From Deferribacterales bacterium (lineage in GTDB: Bacteria; Chrysiogenota; Deferribacteres; Deferribacterales; Geovibrionaceae): 13,640 nt of DNA. The stretch spans positions 1 to 13,640 of the forward strand of contig JBFWJG010000054.1 in the NCBI GenBank assembly GCA_050253335.1. The letters are read 5' to 3'. Shown here one piece after another: positions 8,648 through 13,640 of this stretch. The position numbers and the translations under genes are program-made. Numbering within the stretch: position 1 is the stretch's first letter; each line of letters begins with the position of its first letter. A model generated the notes under the pieces. That model searched no databases. It was not told where the DNA came from and saw only the letters and a program-made list of their open reading frames with translations.

Positions 8648-9103
8648 TCAGTAAAAAATTCTGTCGAGTTCTGCTTTTCTGTAAGCGAATATTTCTTCCA
8701 GTTTTTTCCTGACATAAAGAGCGTGTGCCAGCCTTCCGAAGAGTCCGAACGGGAGAATATAGTTCACTGTGTCGGTCATTTCCGTTCCTTTGTCGGTTTC
8801 TCTGAAGGCGTGCTGATGGTGCCAGAATTTGTATGGCCCGAATCTCTGCTCATCCACAAAGAAGAAAGGCTTCTCCGCATGGGTGATTTCCGTGACCCAC
8901 TGAACGGGAATGCCGCCGAAGGGGGTTATGGTGTAGCGGACTATCATTCCGGCGTATGTCTCGGGAGGGAGTTCTGTTCTGACTTTAAAACCCAGCCAAG
9001 GCGGGGTAATGTCCGCCAGTCTGGCGGGATCGCCGAAAAAGTCCCACGCTCTGTTTATATCCACAGGCAGAGTCTGCGTTCTCACAAGTGTATAAAGCTT
9101 CAA
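8648..9103 (-). CDS. SRPBCC (START/Bet v1-like) family protein
   Basis: AWDFFGDPARLADITPPWLGF, FVDEQRFGPYKFWHHQHAF and IFAYR motifs. TTG at 9103 follows GAGGTG (9109-9114 on the - strand). Confidence 0.88.
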   Translation of the reverse strand: MKLYTLVRTQTLPVDINRAWDFFGDPARLADITPPWLGFKVRTELPPETYAGMIVRYTITPFGGIPVQWVTEITHAEKPFFFVDEQRFGPYKFWHHQHAFRETDKGTEMTDTVNYILPFGLFGRLAHALYVRKKLEEIFAYRKAELDRIFY

Positions 9104-9118
9104 GTCATCACCTCGCTG

Positions 9119-9137
9119 CCTGACAAATCTCTGACAT
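9119..9137 (-). promoter_or_regulatory. Pho-box-like direct repeat (TGTCA cores, 11-bp period)
   Basis: The - strand reads ATGTCAG-AGAT-TTGTCAG (plus strand CTGACA at 9120-9125 and 9131-9136). Resembles the PhoB/OmpR-family 7-4-7 site and lies in a phosphate-metabolism intergenic region. Confidence 0.45.
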
Positions 9138-9322
9138 TTCTGCCACAAGAGTATTAAACACACAGTTATTTTAAGATGTATAATCGATAGTACGGTAAAA
9201 ATTCATAAAAATGAATGCCTGAAAATACGCCTTATGTTTAAAAACGAGGGGAAATTCTGTTAATCATGGAAAATACAGGCGGTAAATCATTATTTAATGT
9301 TAGAATTAATAGGGTGAATGTG

Positions 9323-9781
9323 ATGAGGCAGTATTTTATCCGCCATGCCCATGCGGAAGAAAGGCATGAATGGGAAGGGGACGATATGTCCCGTCCGCTC
9401 ACGGAAGAGGGGAAAAGGAGGATGGAGCTTGCCGCGCGGAGGTTTTTTTCCGTTTATCCCGCTCCGTACCATATAATAAGCTCCGAGGCGGTTCGCGCCG
9501 TGCAGACTGCGGAGATTCTGTGCGCCGTGACAAAAGGCAGTCTTGTCATTGAGCCTCTCCTTAACCCGGGAGCGGATATAGCCTTCTGGCTTGAAGCCGT
9601 GAAGAAGCATCCCGGAGGTTCCACCACGGCCTTTGTGGGGCATGAACCGGACATGACGGAGTTTCTTTCGTTTTATTTATCGGGAAACTCCATGGAGCTT
9701 GTGCTTAAAAAAGGCTCGATATGCCATGTGGAGAACAGGCATCTTATTAACCTTGTTCAGCAGAAACTGCTGACATATTAG
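9323..9781 (+). CDS. sixA: SixA-like histidine phosphatase
   Basis: YFIRHAHAE (RHx motif), DMSRPLTEEG, SSEAVRAVQTA, VGHEP, LKKG. ATG at 9323 follows AGGGTG. Confidence 0.88.
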   Translation: MRQYFIRHAHAEERHEWEGDDMSRPLTEEGKRRMELAARRFFSVYPAPYHIISSEAVRAVQTAEILCAVTKGSLVIEPLLNPGADIAFWLEAVKKHPGGSTTAFVGHEPDMTEFLSFYLSGNSMELVLKKGSICHVENRHLINLVQQKLLTY

Positions 9782-9791
9782 GACAGATATT

Positions 9792-11282
9792 TTGAAAAAT
9801 CTTACACTTGCTTGTGTGTCTTTCTCTCCGGATGAATTTTGTTCCTTCACCGGCTGGAATCTGCGGCAGGAGAACGCCTGCTGTCCTGAGGAATCAGGTG
9901 TTCTTCTGGATACTTTCGACTGGCTGCTCTGGAAGGCGGACTGTGTCCTCTTTGCAGGGCCGCCCCTTGCCGCCCTTTACAGAAACGGCAAAAGAATCAC
10001 TGCGGAGATTTCCGCAATTCCCGAAACCTATGAGGATATCCCTGAAGGCAGGCTCCGTGATCTGGTGCGGATAAACACCTCTCCGAGGGTGCTTGAGATA
10101 AAAGCCGAATGTACTGTGAAAACAGATTATTTCAGCGTGACAAACGAGGACGGCAAAACAGTCTGCCGGATAAGGCTGAGCTCTGCGGAGGTGAATGCCT
10201 TCTCATGCTGCTTTGCGGAGATTATTCCCCTGAAGGGCTACGGCGGAGAGGCGGCGTTTGTTCAGGCTGCTCTGGAAGATCAGAGTGGTAGGGAAACACG
10301 GAGAAGCCAGCTCGCTTACGCATTAAGGAAGTCCGGACTCAGACCCGGAGCCTATAAAACAACAGCGGAGGCCGACTGCACGCCGGACACGCCTGCGGGT
10401 GATGTTCTGCGGAGTATTCTTCTTCAGCTTCTGGACATCATGGAAATGAATGAGGCGGGGGCTGTGCGGGGGCGTGATCCCGAGTTCCTCCACGATTTCA
10501 GGGTCGCGCTGAGACGTTCCAGATCTGCTTTCAGCATGTTTAAGGGTGCTTTCCCGCAGGAGGAGCATTCATATTTCCGTGAGAAGCTTTCGGAGCTTTT
10601 CTCCCGCACGAGCCTTGCGAGGGATCTGGATGTTTATCTTAAAAAGATACAGGAATACAAAGACCTTCTGCCGGATGACATGCGCGGCGGTCTGGCGCCT
10701 GTTGAAAGATATCTGATCCGCTACCGCAGGAAGGAGCATGAACGGATTGTCTCCCTTCTGGGTTCCGCGGAGTATGCCGGCCTGAAAGCGGAGTGGAGAA
10801 GCTTTCTCACCCATGAAACACACACGGAAGAGGGCGGGCGCAGTGTGCGGAATTCCGCGCGTGAAGTGATAAAAAAGGCTTACGGCAGAATATATAAGGC
10901 CGGAAGGCGGCTGCACGGAGAGAGTCCGGCGGAGGAGATACACAGAGTGCGGATCTCCTGCAAGAAGCTCCGCTATGCTCTGGAGTTTTTCAGGCCTTTG
11001 TTCCCTGTGAAGGAAACAGACACGGTGACCCGAAAGCTGAAGCGGCTTCAGGATGCTCTGGGGGCTCATCAGGATTATGAGGTTCAGCGGGAAAAACTGC
11101 TGTATTATACCGAAGAGGCGTCAAAAAAGCTTAAAAATAAGGCCGTACTGCCGCTTGCGTCAGGCTATCTTGCCCGTTATCTGGACGAGCTTCAGAAAAC
11201 TGAAAGGGAAAAATGCCTTGAACTGATAGATGATTTTGTCTCCGTGAAGATGCGCGGACTAATAAATGAGATGCTGAAATAA
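9792..11282 (+). CDS. CHAD-domain polyphosphate-binding protein with degenerate CYTH-like N-terminus
   Basis: CHAD motifs DPEFLHDFRVALRRSRS, ARDLDV, IHRVRISCKKLRYALEFF and LKRLQDALGAHQD. N-terminal LLDTFDWLL. TTG start 10 bp after the sixA stop, with AGGA at 9780-9783. Confidence 0.9.
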   Translation: MKNLTLACVSFSPDEFCSFTGWNLRQENACCPEESGVLLDTFDWLLWKADCVLFAGPPLAALYRNGKRITAEISAIPETYEDIPEGRLRDLVRINTSPRVLEIKAECTVKTDYFSVTNEDGKTVCRIRLSSAEVNAFSCCFAEIIPLKGYGGEAAFVQAALEDQSGRETRRSQLAYALRKSGLRPGAYKTTAEADCTPDTPAGDVLRSILLQLLDIMEMNEAGAVRGRDPEFLHDFRVALRRSRSAFSMFKGAFPQEEHSYFREKLSELFSRTSLARDLDVYLKKIQEYKDLLPDDMRGGLAPVERYLIRYRRKEHERIVSLLGSAEYAGLKAEWRSFLTHETHTEEGGRSVRNSAREVIKKAYGRIYKAGRRLHGESPAEEIHRVRISCKKLRYALEFFRPLFPVKETDTVTRKLKRLQDALGAHQDYEVQREKLLYYTEEASKKLKNKAVLPLASGYLARYLDELQKTEREKCLELIDDFVSVKMRGLINEMLK

Positions 11283-11300
11283 GCAATACGGAGCTGGCTG

Positions 11301-12041
11301 ATGAAGATAATGGCTGTTTACAGCATAAAAGGCGGAGTAGGCAAAACCGCGGCGGCGGTTAATCTGGCTTACTGCGCGGCAAAAAGCGGAATGCGGACGC
11401 TTCTCTGGGACTTTGATCCGCAGGCGGCCTCCACGTTCTATTTCCGTGTTAAGCCGAAACTGAACAAAAGCATGAAAAAAGCTGTTCAGGGGAAAAGCGA
11501 CCTTGAGGCGGAGATAAAAGCCACTGATTTTGAAAATCTGGATATAATCCCGGCGGATTTTTCCTGTCGGAACATGGATCTGTTTCTGGATGCGGCGGAT
11601 AAGCCTAAGAAAGCTGTCCGTGATATGTTCAGGAGCGTAAGCGGGGACTACGATCTGGCAATAGCCGATGCCCCGCCGGGGATAACCCTTCTTTCCGAAG
11701 GGATAATGAGAGCGTCCGATGTGATAGCCGTTCCGCTCATACCGACCACACTTTCACTGCGCACCTGCGAAATGCTCCTTGGTTTCCTGAATGAGAATAA
11801 AATGAAGGATATCACCCCCGCTCTGTTTTTTTCCATGGCGGACAGACGCAAAAAAATACACCGTGAAGTTATGGATGGTGCGGAGTTTGAGGGAGCAAAG
11901 CTCCTTGAAAACCATGTACCATATTCCGCTGATGTGGAGAAAATGGGCATCCACCGTTCTCCTGTGGGCGTGTTCAGTCCTAAGAGCAGGGCGGCCGCGG
12001 CTTATGAGAATATCTGGCGGGAAATTGTAAATATTTTGTAA
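11301..12041 (+). CDS. ParA/Soj-family ATPase (orphan)
   Basis: Deviant Walker A KGGVGKT, DFDPQ, DIIPAD and Walker B IADAPP. GGAG RBS at 11290-11293. Confidence 0.93.
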   Translation: MKIMAVYSIKGGVGKTAAAVNLAYCAAKSGMRTLLWDFDPQAASTFYFRVKPKLNKSMKKAVQGKSDLEAEIKATDFENLDIIPADFSCRNMDLFLDAADKPKKAVRDMFRSVSGDYDLAIADAPPGITLLSEGIMRASDVIAVPLIPTTLSLRTCEMLLGFLNENKMKDITPALFFSMADRRKKIHREVMDGAEFEGAKLLENHVPYSADVEKMGIHRSPVGVFSPKSRAAAAYENIWREIVNIL

Positions 12042-12056
12042 AATCATCTTAAAGGG

Positions 12057-12084
12057 GTTACAAACACCGTTATTGTAATATAAT
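12057..12084 (+). promoter_or_regulatory. Putative sigma70 promoter upstream of ppx
   Basis: Perfect TATAAT at 12079-12084 with a weak -35 (GTTACA, 12057-12062, 16-bp spacer), 42 bp upstream of the ppx ATG. Confidence 0.4.
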
Positions 12085-12126
12085 GTTACTCATACAAATT
12101 TCGTAATTCCGGGGTAGTCTGCGTCA

Positions 12127-13640
12127 ATGTTAGGAAACGGAATAAACATAGCCGTGGTGGATATAGGAAGCAACACCGTCCGCCTTCAGGTTTCACAGGT
12201 TAAGGATAAGAGCTACAGGGTTCTTGAGGAATATAAGGAATCCGTGCGCCTCGGCGACGAGGTGTTCGAATTCGGAATGATTACGGAGCCAGCCCTCGCA
12301 AGGCTTTTGCAGAGCCTCAAAGAGGTGCGCGCGATAATAGACAACTGGAAGGTTCATCAGGTGCGGGCTGTGGCAACAGCCTCGTTCAGGGCGGCCTCCA
12401 ACTACAGCGAAGTTATTCAGAAGGTAATGGATGTCTGCGGCTTCGGCGTTGAGATAATCAGCGGCGAGGAGGAGGCGCGCTATACCTTCATAGCGGCTTC
12501 GGCAAATTTTGAGATAAGCAAGTACCACGCCCTTGTGCTGGACATAGGCGGCGGCAGTGCCGAATATTCCATTGTTAACAGAGGCAAACTGGAAAAAGCC
12601 CACAGCCTTGAACTCGGCTGCAACAGGCTGACAAAGATGTTTTTTAAAAGCGATCCTGTGAGCAACTCCGAATATCAGACGGTTAAGGATTTCCTTGTGA
12701 AAGAAGTGCGCAGGCTGAGGCTCCCCAAGTCCATCGATCTTGTAATCTGCACCGGCGGCTCAATGGGCAACCTCTCGACGATTCATTACCTGTCTGGAGG
12801 CCAAAGGGCAGACAGGACAGTGAAATACCTTGAGCGCAAGCATCTTAAAAAACTGATAAACGACATAAAAAATAAAACCATAGAAGAACGCAGGCAGATG
12901 CCCGGCATGGAAGAGAAAAGAGCGGACATTATCCTCGCCGCCGCCATGCAGGTGGACGCCGTTCTGGAAGAGACCGACGGCGAAGGGCTCTACACCCTCA
13001 GCGGAGGGTTGAGAAGCGGGCTCACCATAGACACCATAAACAAGATGGGGCTTGAACTCCCTTTTCAACAGAATATGGACAACATCCGCCATGCGAGGCT
13101 TATCGAGATAGGCAACAAGTTCACCTTTGAGGAGCGCCACGCAAGACAGGTTACAAAACTTTCCAAAAAGCTTTTTGACGGGCTCTGCGCGGAACTCGGG
13201 CTTCAGAAAGGGGACTGGCCCGTGCTTGAGGCCGCCTCCCTCCTGCATGACATAGGCAACTATATTTCATACTCCAAGCATCATAAGCATTCGCAGTATC
13301 TTATAATGAACTCCGACCTCATGGGCTACAGCCATGAGGAGATAAACATGATCGGCAACATCGCCAGATACCACCGCAAAAGCCCTCCCCGCTCATCCCA
13401 CAGGCTTTTTAAGATGATGAGCGAGACAGAGCAGCACAAAACAGCGGCCATGAGCGCCGTTCTCCGCGCGGCGGACGGGCTGGACAGGTCTCACAAATCA
13501 CTTGTGAAGGATGCTGAAGTCACAGTCAAACCAAAGAAAATTGAGATAAAGCTTGTTTCCGAGCACAACCTTTCCCTCGAAAAGAAAAAGTTCGGGATGA
13601 AAAAGGATCTTCTGGAAGAGATAAGCGGGAAGGAGCTGAT
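12127..13640 (+). CDS. ppx: Ppx/GppA exopolyphosphatase with C-terminal HD domain, 3' end outside window
   Basis: Not in the ORF track; translated by hand from ATG 12127. MLGNGINIAVVDIGSNTVRL, ESVRLG, AVATA, ISGEEEARY, DIGGGSAE, RADII, then LLHDIGNYISYSKHHKHS, ARYHRK and ADGLDRSH. Frame stays open to the window end. Confidence 0.95.
   Translation, partial: MLGNGINIAVVDIGSNTVRLQVSQVKDKSYRVLEEYKESVRLGDEVFEFGMITEPALARLLQSLKEVRAIIDNWKVHQVRAVATASFRAASNYSEVIQKVMDVCGFGVEIISGEEEARYTFIAASANFEISKYHALVLDIGGGSAEYSIVNRGKLEKAHSLELGCNRLTKMFFKSDPVSNSEYQTVKDFLVKEVRRLRLPKSIDLVICTGGSMGNLSTIHYLSGGQRADRTVKYLERKHLKKLINDIKNKTIEERRQMPGMEEKRADIILAAAMQVDAVLEETDGEGLYTLSGGLRSGLTIDTINKMGLELPFQQNMDNIRHARLIEIGNKFTFEERHARQVTKLSKKLFDGLCAELGLQKGDWPVLEAASLLHDIGNYISYSKHHKHSQYLIMNSDLMGYSHEEINMIGNIARYHRKSPPRSSHRLFKMMSETEQHKTAAMSAVLRAADGLDRSHKSLVKDAEVTVKPKKIEIKLVSEHNLSLEKKKFGMKKDLLEEISGKEL

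Noticed and set aside
8583..8648. Longer ORF-track starts (8648 for ppaC; also 908, 2070, 9163 and 9266)
   Set aside because: Downstream starts have clear RBSs and match the family N-termini, while the extensions look like intergenic sequence.
11301..12041. Chromosome or plasmid partitioning parA
   Set aside because: No parB, rep or full parS palindrome nearby; the gene is embedded among polyP genes.
12193..13248. Minus-strand ORFs 12193-12603, 12480-12665 and 12760-13248
   Set aside because: Antisense shadows of ppx, which the ORF track missed because it lacks a stop in the window.

Overview
Ordinary chromosomal DNA with no IS, phage, CRISPR or RNA genes. The lipoproteins, OM beta-barrel and O-antigen ligase point to a Gram-negative bacterium; the gene style is reminiscent of Deferribacterota (an impression only). 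There are 13 CDSs. Left part: a 3'-truncated receiver-histidine kinase hybrid (-); a THUMP/RlmL-like RNA methyltransferase and a small lipoprotein (+); a translationally coupled pair of a very acidic lipoprotein and a FadL/PorV/TraF_2-type OM beta-barrel (-); and a secreted GH3 NagZ-like hexosaminidase (+). Right part: a divergent phosphate/polyphosphate locus. Leftward run an SRPBCC protein, a CBS/DRTGG family II pyrophosphatase and an O-antigen ligase-family protein. Rightward run a SixA-like phosphatase, a degenerate-CYTH/CHAD protein, an orphan ParA ATPase and a Ppx/GppA-HD exopolyphosphatase (truncated). The best candidate for an undescribed system is sixA-CHAD-parA-ppx, read as a ParA-driven polyphosphate-granule positioning/turnover module, with Pho-box-like 11-bp repeats in both adjacent regulatory regions. 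The second candidate is the lipoprotein-barrel pair.
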